Part shown: positions 1 to 13,534 of the stretch, in pieces
Layout: the number at the start of each line of letters is the position of its first letter
Position numbering within the stretch: position 1 is the first letter of the stretch
Source of the DNA: Fimicolochytrium jonesii
Lineage: Eukaryota
Reading direction: 5' to 3'
Length of the DNA: 64,000 nucleotides
NCBI RefSeq assembly: GCF_025526975.1
Contig: NW_026515679.1
Span: 372,001 to 436,000 of the forward strand
Notes under the pieces: model-generated
What the model was told of the DNA's origin: nothing
The model's database searches: none
Seen by the model: only the letters and a program-made list of their open reading frames with translations
Translations under genes and position numbers: made by a program

Positions 1-1046
1 TGAATACTCCGCGTTCCATTTTCGCTTGAACGTAGCCTGATTCATCTAATTGCAGGGAACAAATGGCGCGGAGTCACGAGAAAGGCGATTTGCCTGATTT
101 CCAGATCCTGGTTGGAGGAACCGGGCAATGGCCTCTGAACGCGACCACAACCAAATTCAACATCCCCGATGATGTGAGATACTCCACTTCTCTGGTCTAA
201 CGAAAATGAAGGAGTAGCAGCTAACAAACTCCTCTTCGTGCCTTTCATTTTAGCTTTTGAAAACCTACGAACGCTTCCAGAAGTTCTACCAACATAAGTT
301 CTCTGGGAGAAAACTCAACTGGCTCTTCCACCTTGGGCGAGCTGAACTGAAAGCGAACTTCGTCAAGCAAAATAATAAAACCCCATATACCTTCTTAGTA
401 GGTTTCCATCTGCCCTAAGTTCTCGCGAGCATACGACGTATAGACTCACGACGTCCCCTGTAGACATCCACATTCCAAATGGGCGTCCTTTTGCAATTCA
501 ACACCTCGACATCGTACACCTTCTCGGAGCTCGAGACAAACACAAGTCTGGATGAGCAAACCCTGAAGTCCGCTCTATACGGCCTGATCAAGAGCAAGCT
601 GCTTAACGTGGAAGCCGGCAAGAAGAACTTCGACCCCAACACCCGCTATGAGCTGAACACATCGTTCAAAAACAAGAAAACACGTGTGAAGGTCGATATC
701 CCCATGCGTGCCGAGCAGAAGGCCGAGTCCGATGAGACGCATAAGGGCATCGAGGATGACCGTAGTATGGTAATACAGGTACGAGACAGCACCTACGCTT
801 CGATTTTCTCCACATTCTTCGCAATATACTTACAGGTTCATGTATCTGCAGGCCGCGATTGTCCGAATCATGAAAACCCGGAAAGTGATGCAAAACCAGC
901 TCCTCATCACCGAGACCATCGACCAGCTCAAAGCCCGTTTCCGACCCACCGTGCCAGCAATCAAGAAATGTATCGACATGCTACTGGAAAAGGAGTACAT
1001 CGAGCGGATGGAGGAGCAACGGGACGTATTCCAGTACATGGCATGA
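1..1046 (+). CDS. CUL1: Cullin-1 (Cdc53-like), 3' part; multi-exon, truncated by window start
   Basis: Spliced exons give FQKFYQHKFSGRKLNWLFHLG..., TSTFQMGVLLQFN..., and the neddylation domain IEDDRSMVIQ|AAIVRIMKTRK...IKKCIDMLLEKEYIER; stop TGA at 1044-1046. Confidence 0.9.
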
Positions 1047-1397
1047 GACGTAGTTATGCTCCCGCGTTTTCCCGAAGATCCCCCCTGTATCTGTTTCTTT
1101 TGTAGTTGCAATCTATCCTTTCCTCTCTTACCACCTAGTTTTTTTTTGCATAGACGGCTAATCAGTCAGATTGACCTCCTTCTCGATGCACAATCCCCTC
1201 CCGCCAGGTTTCGTGACAGGACCGTGATGTATTGATGTAAATGCATGACCAAGAAGAATAGAGAAACATCAAAAAGGGCAAAACATGCCAACTGTAATCC
1301 GGCGCAGTTGCAAAGCGGAGAGCACCGAGAGTCCCCATAGATGCTCCTGACTTGGCCAAAGTTTCCCCGCCGTTCCAGCTCCTTCCTGTTCGGCTAT

Positions 1398-2233
1398 CTA
1401 ATCTTTCTTCACCTCATCGGCGATGAAGTCCGCAGCCGCCGACGTGGCGTTGGTCCTTAACTTGGCAAAGTTGCTATCAACGACGCGCTCGTTCGAGGCG
1501 AGGTACGGGCGAAGGAAGCTGGTGTAGACGAACTGGGCACCGCGGAATTGAGGGACTGCAAAAGAGAACGGATGTTGTACGCTTAGAGCTTCAGCCCGAT
1601 GGATGCAATGCACGCGGCGGAAGACTTACGCGCAAGGTAGCAGATGAGAGCTGCCTTGAAGGCGTAGTAGAATGGGAACCAGTAGAGAAGAGTGTCCGTC
1701 CAGAACTCGGCGACGCTGAAGAAGGCGTACACCACCCAGTACTACGCATCCGAGTACATGTTAGTCCATGCTATGCACAATGGAAAAGTAGCTAAGTGCG
1801 ACTTGTCCCATACCGTAAGCCATTGAGTGTCGTCAAGCTTGCTTGGGCTCTCCACCTAAGGAAATACCACCCATGATCAACAGAATGTCCCAAAGACCAC
1901 ATCACCGGCTCATGCCGCGTAGCGTCAACCCCGCCTACGCACCGCCTTGAAGCTCGCATAAGCCGGGTACAGGAACCCGAGCAAGTTGGTCAACAGCGCA
2001 CCCCAGATGTTCAGGAAGATCAGCACGGTGAAGAAAGCGCCAATCCCGCCAAAGATGTAGGTTTTTGGCAGCCCGGTTCGGCGCTCGACTTCGACGGCGA
2101 CGGGCACTTTGGAGAGCTCAACGTCGAGCTGGATTCATGTGTAAGTTTTAGCTTCGACGTGAGAGAATAGTGGAGGAGGTATCAGCCGACCGCTTACCTT
2201 CTTCAAATATTGCTGGAACTTGTCAGACGACAT
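1398..2233 (-). CDS. YOP1: ER membrane-shaping protein Yop1/DP1/REEP5 (TB2/DP1/HVA22 family), multi-exon
   Basis: [12 protein letters not shown]..., [58 protein letters not shown] motifs joined by GT-AG introns. Confidence 0.92.
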
Positions 2234-2475
2234 GATTGCTATGATTGCTATGATGGGAAGTTTGCACACGAGTTTCCAGCATATGTTCTGGAACTCGCAG
2301 GTCGTGGAGATTTGGTGTGGCTTTGCACATTGATTGCGCGCTGGTTCAATCAATTGCGCGCTCGCGAGCTCCGAGAGGATGAAGAACTGCACAATTTATT
2401 TCGCAGCAAAGCTGGTGACTATATACAAAGTTCATTTGTTCATGCCCCAAAACAGACGATTCCCAATCTACTTTT

Positions 2476-2926
2476 TCAAAGGTGCTGAAGACGGAGCTTC
2501 TGCGAAGCCTCCGCGACCGAAATGCATTTGTCGTGAACCCTGGTGCAAAGCAACAGTCAGTCAAACATCGTCAAGCCAACTAATCTTCCCTCCCATGAAT
2601 TGACATACCTCCTCGCATTCCTGAGGCAAGTCGGGTAGTTACGTCCAAGCTCGCCGTACATCTTCTTGCAGGTGATGATGCCCTTCTCGTAACTGTCTAT
2701 GCAGTATCCGTGCGCTGTCATTGTCACCAAGAAAAAGACACGTCAAAAACCTGTCAATTTACGCACGGGATGTCGCAGACTCACAGACGTCTTGGTGCTC
2801 ATACGGCACAGAGTGGTGGTGGTTCCCGCATGCCTCAACAGGCGAGACCATGCCCAAGATGGCGCATAAGATGACGACGACGAAGGCCTGAGCGAGGCGA
2901 GATGGACATGCGATATGGGGAAGCAT
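2476..2926 (-). CDS. Small secreted cysteine-rich protein, 103 aa, 3 exons (2926-2785, 2714-2609, 2539-2476); not in ORF track
   Basis: Two canonical introns (GTGAGT..CAG, GTATGT..CAG) keep the frame: MLPHIACPSRLAQAFVVVILCAILGMVSPVEA-CGNHHHSVPYEHQDVSHGYCIDSYEKGIITCKKMYGELGRNYPTCLRNARRVHDKCISVAEASQKLRLQHL*. Hydrophobic signal peptide with V-E-A cleavage site. Confidence 0.72.
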
Positions 2927-3504
2927 TTTCGAGATATGTGGTTGACGTTTCGGGCGGTGCGGGAGATTGGAATTGAGCTCTGATCAGGTAGCGTAACGAA
3001 AAGACGTTGCCCTTGCTTTTATGTTGCTCTTAGTCCAGCATGGAAAATAGCCCGAGCGAGAGCATCGCCCGAGTGGAGGTTTAATTGTTCGCATCTCCTT
3101 GTGGAGACGCTTGGCGGTTCGAAGGGACGTTCGCACTACTGGCGAACGGAATGCCCCACACATTTGTCGCAGGTACAGTAATTGAAAATCTCGGATGTTC
3201 AAGTCCACAAATCTGCGGCTTGTTCCCTTCCATCGCAAGGTCGATCGCGGAGAAATGTTTCGCGATCATCTTTGATCTTGAATTACCCAGTCCACTCTCC
3301 TTGCACTACCGTCGACAAGTTGCAAGTCGCATGAGTCATGTAACATGCTCGTCAAGCCAAGTTTTAGGATAGACAGATCTATCGCGCACGTAAATACAAT
3401 GGCCCGCGAGTATTTCACCTAAATGTATGTCTTTTATTGATTGAGGAAACGTCATGTGACAAGAAAGCGAGTGACAGAATGCAACTAAAATGGTGACCCA
3501 GCAT

Positions 3505-4822
<1,318 letters not shown>

Positions 4823-5863
4823 CTACCAGCGACGCTGGTATAAGAAGGCAAGCCATCCTAGACAGGGCCACCGACTTGGGAAAAAAAAAAAGACGAGAAC
4901 CGCGGCCTTTCTTTCTCCGCCGTCCGACAGTGTGAGCAAGGGGTTGTCCTATGACGTTCCACAATAGGCCGGTCGCTGGTGCGGGCTGTGGGTGTTTCTA
5001 AATCCGGGTTCTTTGGATCCAAAAGCCTTTACGCGTTCCCAAGTCAGGCAAGGATCTGCTGACCTTGATCTAAATCAGCATTGTAAACAACAAATTGGAC
5101 AAGGTCTCAGCGAATTTCAAATCTACCGACCCGTTGTCCCGGTTTCAGGATGAACCATGTCTGGATCCGCATCCTGTCGGTGGGCTCCCATCCGGATATC
5201 CGCAGTCCGATGAACGAAGGCAAAATGGCACCCATGGCCCAGAGGGGACTTGAAAGTAGCCGAAGTGGTAAATATGTGGTGTGGGGTAGATCGTGGGCCA
5301 TCACAGACTCCGCTCTCATCACGTGACCGAACCGATTAAACGCGTTCGCGGCGCGTTGAAACTTGTAAATTGACGCTCGTCATGTCCGCAGGCTGTCCAT
5401 GGGGGCCCATGCCTCACAAAGGCCTACCCTGCTTCCTCGGTGTGCAATTGCATAAGCGACTTGCTCCCGAGGATTTGACAAGGGTTGCGTGGCCACATTC
5501 TCCCTTCCAGGGCCTGCCGAGAGATGGATGCCCATGGAGTTGTTCCGAGCTCATCCTCGGAGTCAACCCAGAATCTTCTGCGCATAGTGCGAGTAGCGTC
5601 GTGTGTTCAATGCTTTACAGTCTCCTGTTTGGGGAGGAGCACTTCCGGCGCCAATATAAAGCGTTGTTAAGAGTAGACATTTCCGCACCATACACACCAA
5701 CACAGCCCAAGAGAGCTCGCTACCAACTGCCCATCTCAGCCTAAACAGCGTCAGATAACACGTCTAACCGGTAATCCGTGCGACATTCCAACCTCAGACT
5801 TGTCATCGAGCGTAATACATTGCAGCGCCTCACAAACTAGTCAAAACCCTCGCAAAGCTCGCA

Positions 5864-6121
5864 ATGCCATCCCACGCACACGCTACTACGGCCGATCATG
5901 GTATCGACCGCACGGAGCGAAAGCGACTGCTATCCACTTTGAAGAAGACCCTATCGAAGCTCTCAATAAGCAGCACGAGCAAGGTCGAACCGCCCACACA
6001 CACCAACCCCGAGCGACTGCCAACGTACTCGGAAATCTCAAAAGGAGTGGTGTCTCCAACGCGACAAAGTAAACGGAACGGGCAACATCCGCAGCCCGTA
6101 CCCATGCGTTGTTGTATCTGA
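5864..6121 (+). CDS. Putative small orphan protein (85 aa) with LPxY motif and C-terminal CC
   Basis: ATG in gcaATG context, TATA-like ATATAAA near 5654, T-rich 3' region with AATAAA near 6267. Protein has an amphipathic basic helix, LPTYSE, and ends in PMRCCI. No family recognised. Confidence 0.45.
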   Translation: MPSHAHATTADHGIDRTERKRLLSTLKKTLSKLSISSTSKVEPPTHTNPERLPTYSEISKGVVSPTRQSKRNGQHPQPVPMRCCI

Positions 6122-6795
6122 ACCTTGTGAGGAGCATATATACTGTAGTAGCCCAAAAGTTTTAATCTCCCCTGTAAAATCCATTTGTTTTATTCCCTCG
6201 TTCATCTTATCGCAGATATTCCCACGCAGTTGCTTATTGTCTTTTTGCTCTACCCATACGTACTTAAATAAAAATAAAAGTATCCCTTTGACAGTGGGCT
6301 CAGACCTCTAAACCGAGTATTCTTCTGCTATAGTAGCAAGTATTCTCGTTTTGCCAGCTGTGGCGGGTGGACGTATCTTGTCCCATTGACGACATTTTGA
6401 CGGTACCAGCGGTCCCATGTGGGAGACGCCGTTTGGCTGGGGAACCTATATCCGGGACTTGGGTATGTCGGGTTATCAGAGGAGGTCTTGACTCTTGAGT
6501 GACATGGGTACAGTGGGTGGCCAAAAGAGCAGTTACGCGCGGGGGTAGCTAGTTATGTGGCACCATGAAAGTCACTGACCCCTCTCCCTGGCAACTACTA
6601 CAGACTACTGACAGGAGGAGAAAGAGGGGGGCCGACGAGCCTCAGCTCTGAATGAGCTGTTCTTGGGCGCGCGTAACTGCTCTTTTGGCCCCACTGTAGT
6701 AGATGTGTTGAAGCGACACCAACGCCGAGCAAAGCCGAGAACTGCATCTGGAAAGAGGGACTGTGCCCAGAGATATATGCTGTCCGCACTCAATC

Positions 6796-9340
6796 ATGGT
6801 GGGTCCGACTCAAGCCCCTAACGGCACTTCTCCCACGCCGATGGGAATGATCCCATCAGCACTCCGAGTTTCGTTCAAGGACCTAGCCAAAACAGCGATC
6901 GACGGTACCACCAACAGCCCCACTAGTGTAAGCCCGACCGATGTGGCAGACGGCCCGCAAACGCAGGAAGCCTTGGCTGCTCCTAAAAACGAAGCTCCCG
7001 GGTCTGTCAACCAAGAGGTAAAAGTGACACCGCCGAACCCTGCGCCGCACGCTGAGTCTTTCGCCGACCAATCCGAAGGGGCTGTGGCTCTTCTAAAGCA
7101 ACAGCCGCAAGACCACTCCCGCCTACCGGTCGAACCTTTCAAACGGTCCAGCAGCTTCTCGGGTCCGAGCGCTACTACCAGCTTTCAAAAGAAGAGCATA
7201 CTCAAAGGAACCTCTCATTCTCTGGGAACGCCTCGGCAAAATGAAGCGCTCTCGCCTGCGAAACATTTGATACCATTAAGCGACATATCTTCTTCTTCAC
7301 CACGGCGGCGAATGACACTAGCACACAGAAAGCCGAGCTGGGGGGAGGGCGAAAGCTCAGACAAAGAAAAGGAGAACAAACTCGTGCGTCGACTGACTCG
7401 GCAGCGATCGGAGAAGGAGGTTTTGGTCGGTACTCCGGTCAAGGAAGGGCATACGAATTTTGTACTCATGTATGACATGCTGATGGGCATTCGGGTCTCG
7501 GTGTCGCGCTGTCAAGCGAAACCTCCGCGCTCGCTTTTCCGGGAGGATTTTTCGGCATCACACAAAATGACGTTCGATGTTGCGGGATCTGAAGTGACGC
7601 CTTCATCTCGATACGACTTCAAATTCAAAGATTACGCTCCTTGGGTTTTCCGCTGCATTCGAGATGCTTTCAATGTGGATCCGGCCGAGTACTTGGTATT
7701 TATGCTGCTGGGAGTTCTCTTTGAGATTTCTTGAAGATACTGATTTTCTTTGGGGCTGCAGCTCTCCGTCACAGGGAAATACATCCTCTCGGAACTAGGC
7801 AGTCCAGGAAAAAGTGGCAGCTTCTTCTACTATTCCTCAGACTACCGGTACATCATCAAAACAATTAAGAGAGCGGAGAAGAAAGCTTTCATGCGCATAA
7901 TACACTGGTACTATGAGGTAGGACACTCTACGAGCCTGCTGTATGATCCGCATGTGCAATGAGATCTTGATTCTCTACCGGAACCCCAGCACTGTCGCAT
8001 AAATCAAAATACCACACTCTGCCGCATTCTGGGGCTCCATCGGGTCAAGCTGAAGGGTCATCGCAAACTTCATTTCATCGTAATGCTGAACGTATTTCCG
8101 GGCAACAAAGATATACATGAAATGTACGACCTGAAGGGGTCTACAGTCGGGCGTGAATTTCCGGAGGAACTTGCGAAAGATGATCCTCGTGCGGTCCTGA
8201 AGGACATCAACTGGATGAATAGAGGGAGGAAGTTGGAGCTCGGACCAAAGAAGGCTCAGCTTCTGACGGAACAGCTCGAAAAAGATGTTAAGGTGAGCTC
8301 AGGACTTTTGAAGCTTCCTTTCGAGCTGGTTTCGCTGTTGCTCAAAAATATGCAGTTTCTCGCAGACCACAATATCATGGACTACTCCCTTCTGGTCGGA
8401 ATACACGATATGAAGCGGGGAAACACCGAAAACATCAGGGTAGGATGAGCTACGGATCTCCACGTAGGGAAGATGAGGCTCACGCACACCCTTATCCAGG
8501 ACAAAACGCTTGGGGTCTATGAGCCAAATCCGGATGCGGCTTTGGCAAAGCAATTCACCGCTGCATCACTCATGATGTCGCGCCCAGGGGCAACAAATCC
8601 AGGAGCAGGGCCCAGCTTAGCTTCGGGCAGCACTTCTGCAGCAAGCATAGGCGCTTCTGCTCCAAGGTCGTCTCGCCGAGAGAGTGGCCCCAGAAGCGCT
8701 CCCACTGCCTCGGAAGCTATAGCAGCCACGTCAGACTTCCTCGCTGGGGAGCAGGACGGGCCGGCATCCCTGGGACCTCTCACTCCGGAATCGGCAATTA
8801 CGGCGGCGCCAGCCATCAAGTCGAGCGACTCCCTCAGGCCTCCTGAAGCAACGGGAGCTGACGCAGAAACTGCCTCTGTATCAGTCCCGAACACCTCCGA
8901 GTACGTACTATCTTTGGCTGTCACCTACTTGACGATCAAGAGATGACCTCAGACTGATCCTTTCCGTGATATGTTACAGTCGAGCTGCTTGTGTGTTTTA
9001 CGCCGACAATGGCGGCTTCCAAGCATCCGACGAGAACGACCAGCCTCTGGATACACTATACTACCTCGGGACCATCGACATCTTCACCACCTACGATTAT
9101 GTCAAGAAGATCGAGCATTTCTGGAAATCCTTTTCGCAGGACGCGCATATGATCTCGGCAGTGCCTCCCCCGGAGTATGGGCAACGGTTCCTCAAGTTTA
9201 TGAAGGGGATCATACGCAAAGCATCGAATTCCCAATCCGAAAATACCTCATCAGATCCACCCGACCGAGTGCAACACTTGGACGCCGCACCGGTCTCAGC
9301 AGGCACACCCGGTTCACCAGGCGGCCCCTCGTCCGCCTGA
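6796..9340 (+). CDS. MSS4: 1-phosphatidylinositol-4-phosphate 5-kinase, multi-exon
   Basis: [92 protein letters not shown]. Confidence 0.95.
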
Positions 9341-10051
9341 GCTCCGACATCGACACTTGTGCCGTCCTTCCTGTCACATAATTGGATTCCAACACTTCAT
9401 GAACTCCTCTGACCTCATATCGATACACCGTTTTCAACGCTTTTCTGATTTCAAGAGTCGTTGCAACAGAGATCGGAAGCCGCAGCAACCCTCAGAAATT
9501 CGTTATTCAAGTCAATGATGATGCACGAGTATCTATGCAGATACGGCAGTGCCGGATGGGGTTGATAGCCGCAGCAGCTGACTCGGAACTCATCAAATGT
9601 AATATCCCTGTAATATCATCAATAAAATTCCTCCGATTGCAAGCTTTGGCGATCCATCGAACGTTGTCGGCTTCCTGCCCACTAAATTTGCCCTCCCTAC
9701 CTGTCAACGGATAGCCCTTCCCCCACTTAGTCGGCCCGGCGACAGCTTTCTGGATATAGCAGTTCACGCAACAAGGAAGAGCTTCTAACGCCGACGGTGG
9801 ATCGGACGCTATGTTCGCCAAAACTCGGCCGTTGAGCAAACGTGGGGTTCCTGTGGGGCTCCTGCTTCTTTGGCGTCGAACGCGTGAGGGACCCTAGTCG
9901 CAGAATTATTTCGAGTAGCATTTGAGTAGCATGCCAAGTTTTGTTTCCGGTATTCTGCTGTTGCAAGCCTCTCGCTTGCCAAATAGAAACCCGAAAGAGC
10001 CCTCACCAGTCCACTGCAAAAGCGTCTGCGGTGAGCATACGCCTTGTAATC

Positions 10052-11911
10052 ATGTCTTCGGCCTCACGGAGGCGAAACACGGAGTGTGATGATGAGGAAA
10101 AAGGGGGAGCCGACGATATGGGCGCCGGAAACATCGGCGCGGAAGGCGATAGAGGTGGGGCAGCCCTACCGACCCCAGTTGACTTCGAACCACAGTCGCC
10201 CACCAGCGAAGAGGTAGAAGAGGATACGGATTATGACGCAAATCTGGACAACAGCGCGGAAGAAGGCGAGAAGCTGTTGACTCTTCTCTATTCTATCGCG
10301 GAGGACCAGGCACGTAAAGGTGGGCTCCAGGTTCCGCCCTCGTGAGGACTTGATGGAAGGCTGACTCTGCGTCGTTCCAGAGGGTTTTGTCCACCGGTCC
10401 ATAACCTGTAATCACTGCGGGACATCGCCCATCCGGGGGATCCGGTTCAAATGCGCGAACTGCGTGGATTTCGACGTGTGCGAAGCATGCGAGGCGCTGG
10501 AAGTTCATCTCAAGACGCATGTGTTTATCAAAGTGAGAGTTCCTATCCCGCCACTTATGAATGCGAGGAGCGCTATGTTCCCTGTTATGTATCCAGGTAG
10601 GGAGGCACTATGTAAGAGGGCATTTTGGTAATTGTCCTGATTGGCTTGTTTTGTCAGGGCGGGATTACACGAATCAGCCGGCGGAGATTGATTTTTCGGA
10701 CCTCCAAATCAAGTCAAATTGTAAGTCTTCATGTATGGGCACTTGCTCTTGCGAAAATGACTTCATTCACTGGGACAACGCAGTCGATGTCATGGAGCTG
10801 AAGGGTCTCCATGAAGAATTCTTGTCATTATCAACCGGCGAGAACGGAGGCATCAATGCAACAACATTCAAGCAGTGCCTCGGACCTCTAGGGCTAGAAA
10901 AAAATCTGATTGTCGACCGCATCTTCCATTTTTTCGACCGTGACGAAGATGGGATAATACGGTTCGAAGAGCTGGTTTTGGGACTGTCGGTTCTGTGCAA
11001 AGGCGGCTTTGACGAACGGTTGAAATGTAAGAGTAAGAGCAGACCGTGTTCCGTCAGATACGGTCTAATCAAGCTGATCCCTCAATCTCGCGATAGGGGC
11101 ATTCCGAGGCTATGATCTGGACAGCGACGGCTTCATATCGAGGGACGAGCTTCATCAGATGTTCAAAGCATATTTTAACCTCTCCATGGAGCTCGTCCGC
11201 GATGTGGTGAAAACCATGGAGGAAGGGATGATGGATTCGTTTGACGACGAAGGCACGAAACCAGTGTCAGCAGCGTTCGCGGGCCCATCAGGGCGGCATG
11301 TGGAGGACGACAACCCGGACGGGGATGGACTTGGGGAGGGGAGATCACCACAGAAGCTGAAAAAGCACTTTGAGGAGGACTCTTTCGACATTCTGGCGAG
11401 GTTCGCTGCACCAGGAAGCAACAACCCACGGCGGCGGTCTCATGTCTCCCCATCACAAAATCGCGGCTTTCGGCGACCAAGCAACGACCAATCACCAACA
11501 TACGTCTCCCCAGCGTCTGACACGTTGTCAAGTATAGACTCTCCAACAAGCGCGTATAGCCCACCTGGCACTTCTGGCGCGCTGGGGCATAGACCAGGAC
11601 GGAGACTGACTCTTCGAAGATCGTTACCACACCTTGCTACATCTTCCCCACTTCGGATAAGCCTGGATCCGGGGTCACCGCAAGCGTTTGGGCTGCCAAG
11701 TCCTGGGCCGTCCAGCTCGATCTCAGAACAGTGGCCGGTCATGGAAGCCATGTCGCAAAATGCGATACAGGAAATGGTGGACAAGACTTTCGAGTTGGCG
11801 GGACTGGCGGCCACGGATCCGCAGGGCCTGTCGTTTGAGGCTTTCGTGAAGGTGGTAGAAGCGGACAACAATCTGCTTTCGTGGTTTGAGGCTCTCGGAA
11901 GTGTCTTTTGA
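10052..11911 (+). CDS. ZZ-type zinc finger plus EF-hand protein (recoverin/NCS-like EF-hands), multi-exon
   Basis: Spliced HRSITCNHCGTSPIRGIRFKCANCVDFDVCEACE...H..THVFIK (ZZ). EF loops DRDEDGIIRFEE and DLDSDGFISRDE. Confidence 0.85.
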
Positions 11912-12092
11912 GATGTTCGCGGAACGACCAAACTGTATCATGCAGACAATTGTCCCAATTCTCCCGCTTTTGGAAGCATCATCTGACCAGGATATGCACA
12001 TAAATATGCAATCTACTGTTCATATACACCATGGAATCTCGCATCTATGCATGGCTCGTTCGAATCCGCCATATACACCGGGAAAAGGGGCC

Positions 12093-13166
12093 TCAACTGC
12101 TATCACTGTCGTCGTCACTGGCATAGGATGAGAACAGCCCTAATGGGTTTGCGGGTGCAGCCGGTGCTGGTTTGGTATCTGGCACCCTGGTAATTTTGGT
12201 GGCCGCAGTCGCCGCCTTCGGTGATTTCGATGCATCCCCATCCGTTCTCGCCTTCTTCCCCAATGGAACCACCAAATCCTCCGACTTCCGTTTTCTGACC
12301 ATCACACCCTTCAACAGATTCCTCTGAAAATCCTGTGCAGCAGGTGGCTTCTTTTGCGTGGGATCTGCTGCTGTTGTCCGCGCGGCGGCTGCTTTGACAT
12401 CCATCGGTGGTTGTGCTTCTGCCACTGCTTTCCGGAACGCGTCCAGCTCCCGCCGTGTTTCCTGTGCAATCTCGTGGTCCTTCTTTGCGGTCTCGTCCGA
12501 GTAGTTTGAGAGAAACTGGTATTCGTCTTTGGAGCCGGATGTTACGCTCTGTGAGGCCTTGCCTCACGTTGTCGTGCCCGAAGGTCATGATCACGAACCT
12601 TCATCAAGTCTCCTCACGAGGTTACCTGCAATGATGGTTGACATAAGACATCGCTTGAAGCGAAACATCGAAGAAATGCGGGATACCTACCAAACTTCAT
12701 CTTCTCCGCAAATTCTATGGATTGATTCGAAAGATCATGCATCAAATGGAGGTTACCAGACCATCTGCGAAACAAGTCAACCTCCCAAAAATACCTTCTT
12801 CCTCTATACGCTTCTTCTCTATTAACGAATTCATGTCAATCATACGACACCGGAGCTGAACAGTCTCCAAGCACTCTCCAACGGAACACGCCCGTCCAAG
12901 ATAACCGTAAGGGCTCCCCATACTGACCAGCCAGGCGTTCATACAGTGGCCGTGGGTCATAAGGAATATCGTCAACCTCTACATTAAACACACAAAGATG
13001 CTGAGAAGCTAACATTGGAGTGCTTCAGCTCAGTGTCGTACGTACCTCTGCCTTCAGCCTTTGCTTCCTGTTCTCGCTCATTCCGCGCAGACTCTATCTC
13101 TGAGGCGCTGACGAACTTCCCCATCATCGCACCGGCGGCTTCATTCTTCGTGCTGAAGTCACCCAT
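12093..13166 (-). CDS. FAM192A/PSME3IP1/NIP30 (Fyv6-like) nuclear protein, several short exons
   Basis: Spliced: KFVSASEIESAR..., YDPRPLYERLA, EKKRIEEE, EFAEKMKF, GNLVRRLDE, DEYQFL...ELDAFRKAV; C-terminal LGLFSSYASDDDSD. Confidence 0.8.
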
Positions 13167-13534
13167 CTCTGCTTTCTTACTCGATTGTTGCAGATGTGCT
13201 ACGGGTCCGCCTTTCTTTGCGAGTTTCTGACGAACGCAAGAAGTTCAAAAACCGGACTTTAGCAGACGCGTCCTATTCTCCGTTGCGCTTGCAACAGCAG
13301 GGACGTACCGATGTGATATACATATGTATAGTAAGTTATTATCTCTTTGCCGCTACTCAGTCTAAATAGGCTACTTTCTTATGTGCATTGGGAGCTAATG
13401 TGCACGAACTATTTACATCCACTATGGATAAGGGAAACAGGGAAACCGAAGGATGTTTCATTGATGAAAGGCTCTCGGTTGGCCGTCCGAGTAATATGGC
13501 TTGCCTGCATAGACATGGTGCTCCCTCAGAGCTC

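Noticed and set aside
9510..9582. C/D-box snoRNA-like pattern (ATGATGA ... CTGA)
   Set aside because: The terminal stem is only about 2 bp and the possible rRNA-antisense match (AGCCGCAG) only 8 nt. Not supportable without snoscan/Infernal.
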